A stretch of 64,000 bases of DNA from the NCBI GenBank assembly GCA_042566005.1, contig JBHORO010000001.1, forward strand, positions 9,823 through 73,822, in the 5' to 3' direction. The notes beneath the pieces are model-generated. The model was not told where the DNA came from, searched no databases, and worked only from the letters and a program-made list of their open reading frames with translations. This DNA comes from Verrucomicrobiota bacterium. GTDB taxonomy: Bacteria > Verrucomicrobiota > Kiritimatiellia > Kiritimatiellales > JBHORO01. Position numbers and translations under genes: made by a program. Of the stretch, positions 36,396 through 45,086 are shown piece by piece (the stretch's first letter is position 1; each line of letters begins with the position of its first letter).

Positions 36396-37594
36396 TAGCC
36401 GCGCTCCTGCTCCAGCGCAATTTTACGGTCGTAGAACTGATCCGTAACTTCGCGCACGTTGCTGCTCATCGGGAAGTTGGCCGGCTTCAGGAAGTCGCCC
36501 AGCTCCTTGAGCTTTTTCTTCTGCTTGCTGTTGAGGCCGGCCGGGGCCTCAATCACAACCTGCACCAAGTGGTCCCCGGTGTGGTAGCCGCGAAGATCTT
36601 TGACCCCTTTACCGCGCAGGCGGAACATCTTTCCATTTTCCGTGCCGGCCGGGATCTTAAGCTTGCCGCGCCCCTGAATGGTCGGCACTTCGATTTCACC
36701 GCCAAGCGCGGCGATATGGAACGGAACCGGAATTTCACAGAAGATATCCAGGTCGTTACGCTTGAAGAACTCGTGTTCATGAACGTGCAAAACAATATAG
36801 AGGTCGCCCGACGGACCGCCGCGCGTTCCGCCTTCACCTTTTCCGCTCACGCGCAGGCGCGATCCGGTTTCAACGCCGGCCGGAATTTTCAGGCTGATGG
36901 TTTTGCGCGCTTTTTTAAGCCCGGCACCGCCGCACTGTCCGCACGGTTTTTCAAATACTTCACCCGTACCGGAACAGGTCGGGCAGGTCTGGCGAACCTG
37001 GAAGAATCCACCGCCCGCGATTACCTGTCCGGCACCGCCGCAGGTACCACAGGTTTTCTTGGACGTGCCCGGCTCAGCGCCGGAACCTGTGCAGTGTTCG
37101 CAGGTGTCGTTTACCGTGACCTTGAGTTCGCGTTGCGAACCGAGCACGGCTTCTTCAAAATCGATTTCGAGATCGTAGCGCAGATCGTTACCGCGCTGGG
37201 CGCCGCCCTGACTGCGACGTCCGCCGCCACCGAAAAAGTCGTCGAAAATAGAGCCGCCGCCACCGGAAGCACCCATGAAAGTGCGCAGGGCCTCTTCCAG
37301 ATCGACACCGCCGAATCCACCGCCACCGAATCCGCCGAATCCGCCGCGGCCACCACCGCCGCCACCCGGACCGAAGGCCGCATGACCGAACTGGTCGTAC
37401 TGCTGGCGCTTGGATTCGTCGCTGAGGATTTCGTATGCCTCGGAGCACTCTTTAAATTTCTCTTCGGCTTCGTGATCGCCCGGATTTTTGTCGGGGTGAT
37501 ACTTAACCGCCTTTTTGCGGTACGCCTTTTTAATCTCGTCCTGCGTAGCACCGCGTTCGACACCGAGCAGTTCGTAGTAATCTTTTTTAGCCAT
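36395..37594 (-). CDS. dnaJ: molecular chaperone DnaJ
   Basis: Has a J-domain (DYYELLGV...[10 protein letters not shown]), a G/F-rich region, and a four-CxxCxGxG zinc-finger domain. Confidence 0.97.
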   Translation of the reverse strand: MAKKDYYELLGVERGATQDEIKKAYRKKAVKYHPDKNPGDHEAEEKFKECSEAYEILSDESKRQQYDQFGHAAFGPGGGGGGRGGFGGFGGGGFGGVDLEEALRTFMGASGGGGSIFDDFFGGGGRRSQGGAQRGNDLRYDLEIDFEEAVLGSQRELKVTVNDTCEHCTGSGAEPGTSKKTCGTCGGAGQVIAGGGFFQVRQTCPTCSGTGEVFEKPCGQCGGAGLKKARKTISLKIPAGVETGSRLRVSGKGEGGTRGGPSGDLYIVLHVHEHEFFKRNDLDIFCEIPVPFHIAALGGEIEVPTIQGRGKLKIPAGTENGKMFRLRGKGVKDLRGYHTGDHLVQVVIEAPAGLNSKQKKKLKELGDFLKPANFPMSSNVREVTDQFYDRKIALEQERG

Positions 37595-37610
37595 CGTTAA
37601 ATCCTAAGGG

Positions 37611-38183
37611 TTATGCGGACGGGTTTCCTGAGGAGACCACCACCTGCGCGGCGCGCAGCAATTTATCGCCGATCATGTAGCCACAGCGCACCTGGGCCAT
37701 AACTACGTTTTCAGCATATTCCGCTGACGGCAAGTGGCTGACCGCTTCCTGCGTGTGCGGATCGAACTCTTTGCCGATCGACTCAACAGCCGTGACATTG
37801 TATTTTTTCAGCACGCCCTGCATCTGGTCATACACCATTTTGAAACCGTTAAGTACGGACTGCTCGGCCTCATGCTTTTCGGCGTTTTCAAGGCCCATCT
37901 CATAATGGTCGACAACCGGCAGCAGCTCTTCGATCAGATCCTGATTGGCGCGGGTGTAGAGTTCTGTGCGCTCACGGGCGACGCGCTTGCGGTAATTGTC
38001 GAAATCCGCCTGCAGGCGCATGAACTGCAGCTTCAGCGGCTCTTCCTCTTCAACAACCTCTTCAGCTGTCGGAGCGGGCTCTTCGCCTTCATGCTCCAGC
38101 TGTTCTTCGATTTCGTGCTCCAGCTGCTCTTCCAAAACGGTTTTCTTCATGGATTCTTTTTCTGTACTCTTCTCTGTGCTCAT
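37611..38183 (-). CDS. grpE: nucleotide exchange factor GrpE
   Basis: 190-aa ORF with an acidic N-terminus, RLQADFDNYRKR, and C-terminal EAVSHLPS...VVMAQVRCGYMIGDKLLRAAQVVV. Confidence 0.94.
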   Translation of the reverse strand: MSTEKSTEKESMKKTVLEEQLEHEIEEQLEHEGEEPAPTAEEVVEEEEPLKLQFMRLQADFDNYRKRVARERTELYTRANQDLIEELLPVVDHYEMGLENAEKHEAEQSVLNGFKMVYDQMQGVLKKYNVTAVESIGKEFDPHTQEAVSHLPSAEYAENVVMAQVRCGYMIGDKLLRAAQVVVSSGNPSA

Positions 38184-38218
38184 AAGAACCTCTCTCCTTC
38201 AAAAATAGTAAGCCCAAC

Positions 38219-38246
38219 AACATACGGATTGATAAAGACAAGTCAA
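38219..38246 (-). promoter_or_regulatory. putative sigma70-like promoter upstream of grpE
   Basis: The minus strand reads TTGACT-16 nt-TATGTT, about 35 nt upstream of the grpE ATG. No CIRCE inverted repeat is visible. Confidence 0.35.
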
Positions 38247-38296
38247 TGCCAGAGGCGTTCATGCAAACGGGCAGAAAAAAGCGGAAACGGGCGTCT

Positions 38297-39745
38297 TTAT
38301 TTGACGCGGAAGGAAACGATGGTCATATCGTCATACTGAGCACGGGCGCCAATGTGATTAAGAATGCGCTGGCGGGTCTCAGCAATCATCGCGGTCGTAC
38401 CCTGAACGGCCATATCGGAAACGGCCTGCTGCAGGTTTTCAACCCCCCACTCATCATCCTCTTCATCCATCGCCTCGGTGATACCATCCGTATAAGCTAC
38501 AACCATATCGCCGGCTTCCAGCTGATACTCAGCATCAGAGATCAAGGAATCGAAAACTTCCGCGTCGGTCAGCCCGATCGCAATTCCGTCTCCATCCATC
38601 AGGCAATTCGCCCCCCCGCGATTCAGGATGGGGCGCTCGTGTCCAGCGCGCGCTACCAGCAGGCGGCGCGTCTTAAGATTCAAAATCATATAGAGCATGC
38701 TCACGAACATATCTTCCGTCAGATCCCCTGACAGACGACGGTTAAGCTGACGCAGCATGCCGGCCGGACTGTAATAAGCCGGGGCCAAAGCCCGCACAAA
38801 GCTTCGGCAAGACGACATAATCATGGCGCCGCCAATCCCTTTGCCGGATACATCCGCAATGGCAAAGCCTAAGTGATCTTTATCAATGTGAATAAAGTCA
38901 TAATAATCCCCGCCAATCGCCATCGCCGGGTGGTTAAAAGCCGCCACGCCGAAGTCATCAAGCTCCGGCAGTTGCTGCGGCAAAAGCAGGCATTGAATTT
39001 CATGCGCAACGCGCATATCGCGGTCCATCTGCTTCTTCTCTTCGACCAGCTTACTCAGTCCGGCGTAGTGCAGCGGAACCGCTGACTGGTCAGCCAGTGA
39101 CTGCAAGAGGTTTGCGTCGGTCTGCGTAAACGGCTGACCATCGGCGCGATTGACCACAACCACGACACCGACCACGCTGCGCCCGAACCGCATCGGCACC
39201 AGAACCATCGACAGGATTTTCAAGAAATCAGTTTTGTGCTTCGGAACCCGGTCATCCAGTTCCGCATCCTCAATCAGCAACGCCGCACCGCGGATCGCGG
39301 CTTCACCGATCAGGCCCTCACCGAACTCAAACCGGTTTTCACGCACCATTTTGTCAATCACACTGGAGCGGCTGGTCACACTGCCCGGCTCCAGAGCCAC
39401 ACCCTCATGAAGCGGAGGGAAAATGCCGGCAATGGCACGGGCCTCGAGTTTTTCGTGATCCTGATCCAGCAGGTAAACGGCCGCCGCACGGGCATTACAG
39501 GTGCGAGTTGCATAGAAAAGGGCTTTGTCCAGCATGCCCTGAATATTGACATCAAGAGAGTCAGTGAAAACCTCACCCATGTCATGGATGAAGCCGAAGG
39601 TGGTATTGCGCTGCTGAACGAGGTTGTCGCGCGTTACGCGCAGTTCGCGTGATTGCCGGGAGCTACGATACAGCCCATAAATCAAAATCCCCTGCATGAG
39701 GGGAAAGAAAACCCAAAAAATCCAAACCAACAGGCTTTCCTTCAT
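38297..39745 (-). CDS. membrane-anchored GAF-domain PP2C (SpoIIE/RsbU-type) serine phosphatase
   Basis: 482-aa ORF with an N-terminal TM segment and a central GAF-like region. The C-terminal PP2C/SpoIIE motifs are GGDYYDF, IADVSGKGIGGAMIMS, YTDGITEA and DDMTIVSF. Confidence 0.85.
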   Translation of the reverse strand: MKESLLVWIFWVFFPLMQGILIYGLYRSSRQSRELRVTRDNLVQQRNTTFGFIHDMGEVFTDSLDVNIQGMLDKALFYATRTCNARAAAVYLLDQDHEKLEARAIAGIFPPLHEGVALEPGSVTSRSSVIDKMVRENRFEFGEGLIGEAAIRGAALLIEDAELDDRVPKHKTDFLKILSMVLVPMRFGRSVVGVVVVVNRADGQPFTQTDANLLQSLADQSAVPLHYAGLSKLVEEKKQMDRDMRVAHEIQCLLLPQQLPELDDFGVAAFNHPAMAIGGDYYDFIHIDKDHLGFAIADVSGKGIGGAMIMSSCRSFVRALAPAYYSPAGMLRQLNRRLSGDLTEDMFVSMLYMILNLKTRRLLVARAGHERPILNRGGANCLMDGDGIAIGLTDAEVFDSLISDAEYQLEAGDMVVAYTDGITEAMDEEDDEWGVENLQQAVSDMAVQGTTAMIAETRQRILNHIGARAQYDDMTIVSFRVK

Positions 39746-39753
39746 GGCGCCGA

Positions 39754-40302
39754 CTATTCCTTCAACTTGCGGACATCCTGTTCAAGAAAACTGATGACGC
39801 TCTTAAAGCGGCCAACATTCTCCTCGCTCAAGTCTGCCAGCACCTGATGCGCCTTCAGCATCGTTTCGGCTGTTCCCAGCTGATCCTCTTCCGGCTCACT
39901 CAGATCCACTGCAGAAGCGTTTTTGCCGCAAACGCACCGAGCTTCCGCCTCTTCAATCGTCTGGTATTTGAGAACCTTATCAATGCCGAGCGTCTGCAGG
40001 AGCTGAAGGTTTTTCTTATCCAGATTCACCAGCAGAACTTGCGCGCCTTTTTTTGCCAAACGGCCCGACAGACCGGCCAGGACGCCCATAAACGTGCTGT
40101 CCATGCCCACGCATTCACGAAGATCGATCAACACGGACTTGACGCCCTTTTCATCTACGGACTGCTCAAGAAATGTCTTCAGGTTAGAACTAACCTTAAA
40201 GGAACCGCGTCCAAGCACGCGCACAAAACACTGTTCAGCATCCAGGCAAGCATACAAGCCTTCGGTCTTTTCGTTTTCGCCACTCATAGGTTCAAAATCC
40301 AT
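39754..40302 (-). CDS. STAS-domain protein (anti-sigma-factor antagonist-like) with a C-terminal extension
   Basis: The STAS core is VLIDLRECVGMDSTFMGVLAGL...AQVLLVNLDKKNLQLLQTLGIDKVL, with a Ser in the DS(T/S) phosphorylation position. At 182 aa it is about 70 aa longer than typical single-domain STAS proteins. Confidence 0.75.
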   Translation of the reverse strand: MDFEPMSGENEKTEGLYACLDAEQCFVRVLGRGSFKVSSNLKTFLEQSVDEKGVKSVLIDLRECVGMDSTFMGVLAGLSGRLAKKGAQVLLVNLDKKNLQLLQTLGIDKVLKYQTIEEAEARCVCGKNASAVDLSEPEEDQLGTAETMLKAHQVLADLSEENVGRFKSVISFLEQDVRKLKE

Positions 40303-40349
40303 TTAATTCATTAATGAGGATCAAAATGATAGCATCGCCGGATTCAATA

Positions 40350-41048
40350 TCAATTCCTATCATCCACAAAACGGTCAGGAGAAATCACAATCACGCATTC
40401 GCCCTTAACCTCGCGTCCGTCATAGGCCGCACGCAACTCTTCGGCAGTGCCCGTGTGCATCTCCTCAAACTTTTTCGTCAGCTCGCGGACAAAAAACACC
40501 TCTTGTTCCGGGCCGAACACCTCTTCCACAAAACCGATCAATTTCAGCACTCGATACGGCGACTCGTACAAGACCACCGGCAACTCCACTTCCTGCCACT
40601 GACGCAGCAGTTTACGGATCTTGCCCGGCTTGCGCGGCGGAAAACCGATAAACGCGAATCCGTGCTCGCCGTAGCCGCTCAGCGCCACCGCCGTCGTCAC
40701 AGCCGTCGGCCCCGGAATTGCGGTCACCATGAGTCCGGCCTCGCGGCAGGCTGCCACCATACGTGCGCCCGGATCGGAAATCGTCGGCATGCCGGAATCA
40801 CTAACCTGCACAACGGCCTGGCCGCTCTGAATGCGAGAAATGATTCCCTCGAGCCGCGCGGCCTCGTTGAACTTATGACAGCTCATCATTTCCGTGCGCA
40901 GCTCAAAATGAGTCAGCAGCTTACGGGTCTGCCGCGTGTCCTCGGCAATAATCAGATCCGCCTCACCCAACGCCTCCACCGCACGCGGCGAAATATCGCC
41001 CAGGTTTCCGATCGGGGTTCCTACAATATATAATCCGGCATCCATCAA
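40350..41048 (-). CDS. rsmI: 16S rRNA (cytidine1402-2'-O)-methyltransferase RsmI
   Basis: 232-aa ORF with LYIVGTPIGNLGDISPRAVEALGEADLIIAEDTR and SDSGMPTISDPG. Confidence 0.9.
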   Translation of the reverse strand: MMDAGLYIVGTPIGNLGDISPRAVEALGEADLIIAEDTRQTRKLLTHFELRTEMMSCHKFNEAARLEGIISRIQSGQAVVQVSDSGMPTISDPGARMVAACREAGLMVTAIPGPTAVTTAVALSGYGEHGFAFIGFPPRKPGKIRKLLRQWQEVELPVVLYESPYRVLKLIGFVEEVFGPEQEVFFVRELTKKFEEMHTGTAEELRAAYDGREVKGECVIVISPDRFVDDRN

Positions 41049-42611
41049 TTACCTAGCCTTCAATGAGTGAAATACATTAGGGAGCTGATCGACGATATCC
41101 ATCGCCGTCATGCCCATTTGAGAGTTCTCCATCGATGCGAAATCGCCCGCACAGCCATGCAAGTAAACGGCCAGACAGGTCGCACTGTACACATCCGGAA
41201 TCTGCGGAATCATCCCGACCAACAATCCGGCCAGCACATCCCCGGAACCGCCTTTCGCCATGCCGGGATTCCCCGTCATCGCAATTGCCAGCGCGCCTTC
41301 CGGTACCGCCACAATCGTCCCCGCCCCTTTAAGCACAGTCACAGAATTAGTGAGACTCGCCGTTTCCAGCGCGGCCTTGCGACGATCGGCCTGAACATCC
41401 GCCGGCGAGCAATCGAGCAGCAAAGAACATTCGCCCGGATGCGGAGTGATAATTACCGGACAACCGGCTTTTGCGACCTCCTCGGCACGGCCTGCCATCA
41501 CAGCCACCGCGTCTGCATCCAACACGACCGGAACCCGTGATATTTTCAGCAAGTGCGACACCAGCCTGGAGCTTTCCGCCGTGCGGCCCAGTCCCGGCCC
41601 AACCAGCACCGCATCAAAATCATTAATGCGCCAATCGGTCATAAGCTGATCCGTCGCATCCGGCAGCTCCGGCATCGGAAAAACCATCGCCTCCGGCACA
41701 GCCATTGCCACGATCGCATGGACATCCTGCGGCACATACACCGTCACCAGACCCGCGCCCGATCGCAGGGCGGCACGGGCGGCCATCGTAATGGCACCGG
41801 AAAAGCCGAGACTTCCGCCAACCAAAAGAACGTGGCCGTAGTCTCCTTTATGAGAGTTGCGGGCGCGCCGCATCGGCGACATCAGCATCGTATCCGAGGC
41901 ACTGATAAATTCTACGGCAACCTCCCCGCGCGTCTGCTCGACATACTCATCCGGCACGCCGATATCGACCACTTCCACACGGCCGACATATTCAACCGCC
42001 TGCTGTCGCAACAGCCCCTGCTTGGGCTGAGCCAGGGTAATCGTCACATCGGCAATCACAGCTCCGCCCGGCGCGTCACCTGTATCCGCATCCAGTCCGG
42101 ACGGAATATCAATGGCCACGACCAAGGCATCTTCAATGCGCTCATTAATAAATTCGATGGCACGCGCCGGAACCCCACGGGCCGGACCACTGACGCCTGT
42201 GCCGAGCAGGCCGTCGACCATCAGATCAAACTGCTCGCTGGGCAGATCCATGTTATCCCAGTCTTCGACGGTGGTCAACTCTTCGATATACACGCCCGAC
42301 TCAGCCATCCGCTGATACTGCGCCAGCGCATCGCCCTGCAGCTCGTTCGGGCTGCAAGTCATCCAAAGCTCGACATTATACTGCAACTGGTTGAGCGCCC
42401 CAGCCACCACAAAGGCGTCGCCGCCGTTGTTTCCGCGCCCGGCCACAACAAGGATGCGGCCGTCTTCTAGCCCGTAGTCATAAATCAGCTCCTGCAGGTG
42501 AACCGCCACGCCCAGGCCGGCGGTTTCCATCAGCTGGCCGCCAGGCAGGCCGTACTCTTCAATGGTACGGCGGTCCAGCTCGCGCATTTCGGCGGCGGTT
42601 ACAACCTTCAT
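41049..42611 (-). CDS. nnr: bifunctional NAD(P)H-hydrate repair enzyme (epimerase / ADP-dependent dehydratase)
   Basis: 520-aa ORF. The N-terminal YjeF_N region has GRGNNGGDAFV. The C-terminal carbohydrate-kinase region has KGDYGHVLLVGGS, LKGAGT and GSGDVLAG. Confidence 0.9.
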   Translation of the reverse strand: MKVVTAAEMRELDRRTIEEYGLPGGQLMETAGLGVAVHLQELIYDYGLEDGRILVVAGRGNNGGDAFVVAGALNQLQYNVELWMTCSPNELQGDALAQYQRMAESGVYIEELTTVEDWDNMDLPSEQFDLMVDGLLGTGVSGPARGVPARAIEFINERIEDALVVAIDIPSGLDADTGDAPGGAVIADVTITLAQPKQGLLRQQAVEYVGRVEVVDIGVPDEYVEQTRGEVAVEFISASDTMLMSPMRRARNSHKGDYGHVLLVGGSLGFSGAITMAARAALRSGAGLVTVYVPQDVHAIVAMAVPEAMVFPMPELPDATDQLMTDWRINDFDAVLVGPGLGRTAESSRLVSHLLKISRVPVVLDADAVAVMAGRAEEVAKAGCPVIITPHPGECSLLLDCSPADVQADRRKAALETASLTNSVTVLKGAGTIVAVPEGALAIAMTGNPGMAKGGSGDVLAGLLVGMIPQIPDVYSATCLAVYLHGCAGDFASMENSQMGMTAMDIVDQLPNVFHSLKAR

Positions 42612-42625
42612 CAGGCCCCTTTCGG

Positions 42626-43357
42626 TTAGTACGTGTAACGGTCCATTGCCGCGATCATCTCTTTAGTCGCACCCTCAAGGCCGAGGAATACAGAGCGGGC
42701 AATGATGCTATGGCCGATATTGAGTGTATCCAGATGCGGGATTTTCAGAATGTCGTCGATATTCTGCATATTAATACCGTGACCGGCATTCACTTTGATT
42801 CCCAGTGAATGGGCAAATTCTGCGCCTTTGATCAAGGCCTCGAGCAGGGCCGGTTTTTCTTCAGCCGGCGCATCACAGAAAGAGCCGGTGTGCAGCTCGA
42901 CTACCGGCGCTCCGAGATCGGCGCTCGCCTGAATCGCTTTTTCGCACGGCTCAATGAACATGCTGACCTCAATGCCCGCCGCACTCAGCTTCTCGACGGT
43001 CGGCTTCAATGCATCAAACTGGCCGGCAACATCCAAGCCGCCCTCTGTGGTCAGCTCTTCACGCTTTTCAGGTACCAGGCAAACCTCGGCGGGTTTCACT
43101 TTCAATGCAATTTCAACGATCTCTTCCGAATTGGCCATTTCGAGATTCAGCGGACCGATCCCGGATTCAGCAAAGCGGAAAATATCCTCATCCTGAATAT
43201 GACGCCGATCTTCGCGCAGGTGCATTGTAATGCTCACTGCGCCGGCGGCCATCGCAACGCGCGCGGCCTCCATCGTGTCCGGATAAACGGTGCCACGGGC
43301 CTGACGGAGCGTAGCAACATGATCGATGTTTACACCAAGCTTGAGCTTGTTGGTCAT
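42626..43357 (-). CDS. pdxJ: pyridoxine 5'-phosphate synthase
   Basis: Contains LGVNIDHVATLRQARG, ITMHLREDRRHI, VCLVPEKREELTTEGGLDV, ELHTG and VNAGHG. The ATG at 43357 is preferred to the ORF-track start at 43402. Confidence 0.93.
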   Translation of the reverse strand: MTNKLKLGVNIDHVATLRQARGTVYPDTMEAARVAMAAGAVSITMHLREDRRHIQDEDIFRFAESGIGPLNLEMANSEEIVEIALKVKPAEVCLVPEKREELTTEGGLDVAGQFDALKPTVEKLSAAGIEVSMFIEPCEKAIQASADLGAPVVELHTGSFCDAPAEEKPALLEALIKGAEFAHSLGIKVNAGHGINMQNIDDILKIPHLDTLNIGHSIIARSVFLGLEGATKEMIAAMDRYTY

Positions 43358-43377
43358 AGAAAATCCTTTCGGTAAAA

Positions 43378-44487
43378 TTACTCTTCGCCGGCAATCAGGC
43401 ACATGCTGCCCTGACGACGCTGCGCCACATCATAGGCGCCCTTTGCCGCAGCAAACATAGCAGGAAGACCCCGTCCGTGGCGAGGACACATGGAGACGCC
43501 GATGTTCACCGTCACCTTGATCCGGCGGTTGTTATAGTGCACCACCAGCTTTTGTGAGCGGTCGCGCAGACGTTTGGCGATACCGGCTACGTGCTCCTCA
43601 TCACAGACAAGCAGAACCAAAAACTCATCTTCCGCATAGCGGCCGATCACATCGTCCTCGCGGAGCGCGTTCTGCATCAGATCACTCACGGCCTTGCGAA
43701 CCTCATCGCCCGCTTCTTTGCAGTGAAGCTCTTCAATGTCGGACATCCCATTGATGCCGATGAAAAATAATGCCAGCTGATGATTAAAGCGATACTCGGC
43801 AACATATTTGCGCATATAGGATGCCACTTTGTGCATGCCCAGCACCCCCGTCAAAGGGTCCAGTGAAGAGTCGGACACAATATCGTCAGCCTCGCTCCCG
43901 CCCGACTCCTGTTCCGCCACCTCCTCGTCAACTTCCGAGACGGACCAGATCAAGCCGCCCTCTTCGGCGGCAACCTGCAGCATGGATTCTTCAGCGGCCG
44001 CAATCAGCGCACCGGAAGTGCGGGCAAAATCGGGATAGAATGCCGCACCTGCCTGCAACGGGAGCTTAAGTTCTTCGCTCCAGCGCGCAAACGCACGATC
44101 AAGCCCTTCGCTCTCGCTGGCAACAACAACGCCGACCCAATCCTTTACGCGAATCACACCATCCACCTCGGCGCGCCGACGCTGTTTGATGAACTCATGC
44201 AGGTCATCCGGACCGATTGCCGAAGAGCGGATAACGCCAACCCCAAACTCGGAGTGAGAACGAATGGCGCTGATGTTTTGGGCGATTAACGCCTGGAAAT
44301 AATCCAACCCGTCTTCCGGGCTCACATCTTCAGAGTGATTCAGTGCTTCGAGCATCAGCCGGAACCGGTACATACTCCGGCAGAGCGTAAGTCCGACAAA
44401 CGAAACAGCGATAACAAGAATAACCTGCCACCAAGAGGTGAGCAGGCTTTCGACCGTAGAAACAAAAGCCAACAAAGGTAAATCCAT
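43378..44487 (-). CDS. membrane-anchored GGDEF-domain protein with a degenerate active site (AEDEF) and an intact RxxD I-site
   Basis: Has an N-terminal TM segment. The C-terminal GGDEF fold reads DPLTGVLGMHK...LALFFIGINGMSDIEE...LREDDVIGRYAEDEFLVLL. Confidence 0.8.
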   Translation of the reverse strand: MDLPLLAFVSTVESLLTSWWQVILVIAVSFVGLTLCRSMYRFRLMLEALNHSEDVSPEDGLDYFQALIAQNISAIRSHSEFGVGVIRSSAIGPDDLHEFIKQRRRAEVDGVIRVKDWVGVVVASESEGLDRAFARWSEELKLPLQAGAAFYPDFARTSGALIAAAEESMLQVAAEEGGLIWSVSEVDEEVAEQESGGSEADDIVSDSSLDPLTGVLGMHKVASYMRKYVAEYRFNHQLALFFIGINGMSDIEELHCKEAGDEVRKAVSDLMQNALREDDVIGRYAEDEFLVLLVCDEEHVAGIAKRLRDRSQKLVVHYNNRRIKVTVNIGVSMCPRHGRGLPAMFAAAKGAYDVAQRRQGSMCLIAGEE

Positions 44488-44539
44488 GAGCAGAAAAAAA
44501 CAGGCGGCCGAAATCCCGACCGCCAGTTAACCTAAAAGC

Positions 44540-45055
44540 TTAGTAGTAAATGACAAACTCTGCCCGACGATTCTGCGACCAAGCGGACTCGTCGTGCCCG
44601 CCAACTGCCGGCTGTTCTTCGCCCATCGTGCGGGTCTGAATACGATCCGCAGCAACACCCAGGCCGATCAAATACTCACGCACAGCCAGTGCGCGGCGCT
44701 CACCCAGCGCCAAGTTGTACTCACGGCTGCCGCGTTCATCACAGTGACCCTCAACGATCAGGGCAACGTCTTTCTCTTTTTCGAGATAAGAAGCCACCTC
44801 TTCAAGCTTAGCGCGCTCGCCAGCCTGAACAGCATTGCTGTCGTAACCGAAATAAACTGCCGTAAACATACCGGCATGCTCTTCGCCACCCGCCAGACGC
44901 TGTTCGCCGAGCGGCTCGCCGACATAGTCAACGCCCTCGCCGGTAACGCCTGCCGGATTTTCATACATGCCCCACGGATCGCGTGTCTTACAGCCCACCA
45001 TTGCGGAGGCAACCAGCGCCAGTCCAACTACCTGAAAAATTGCTTTCTTCTGCAT
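44540..45055 (-). CDS. pal: peptidoglycan-associated lipoprotein (OmpA-family, Pal)
   Basis: Has a lipobox (LVASAMVGC) after MQKKAIFQVVGLA and the OmpA-like domain VYFGYDSNAVQ...VEGHCDERGSREYNLALGERRA. The ATG at 45055 has GGAGAAAAGAG upstream. Confidence 0.88.
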   Translation of the reverse strand: MQKKAIFQVVGLALVASAMVGCKTRDPWGMYENPAGVTGEGVDYVGEPLGEQRLAGGEEHAGMFTAVYFGYDSNAVQAGERAKLEEVASYLEKEKDVALIVEGHCDERGSREYNLALGERRALAVREYLIGLGVAADRIQTRTMGEEQPAVGGHDESAWSQNRRAEFVIYY

Positions 45056-45086
45056 CTCTTTTCTCCGGCCTTTCACATTACAAAAA

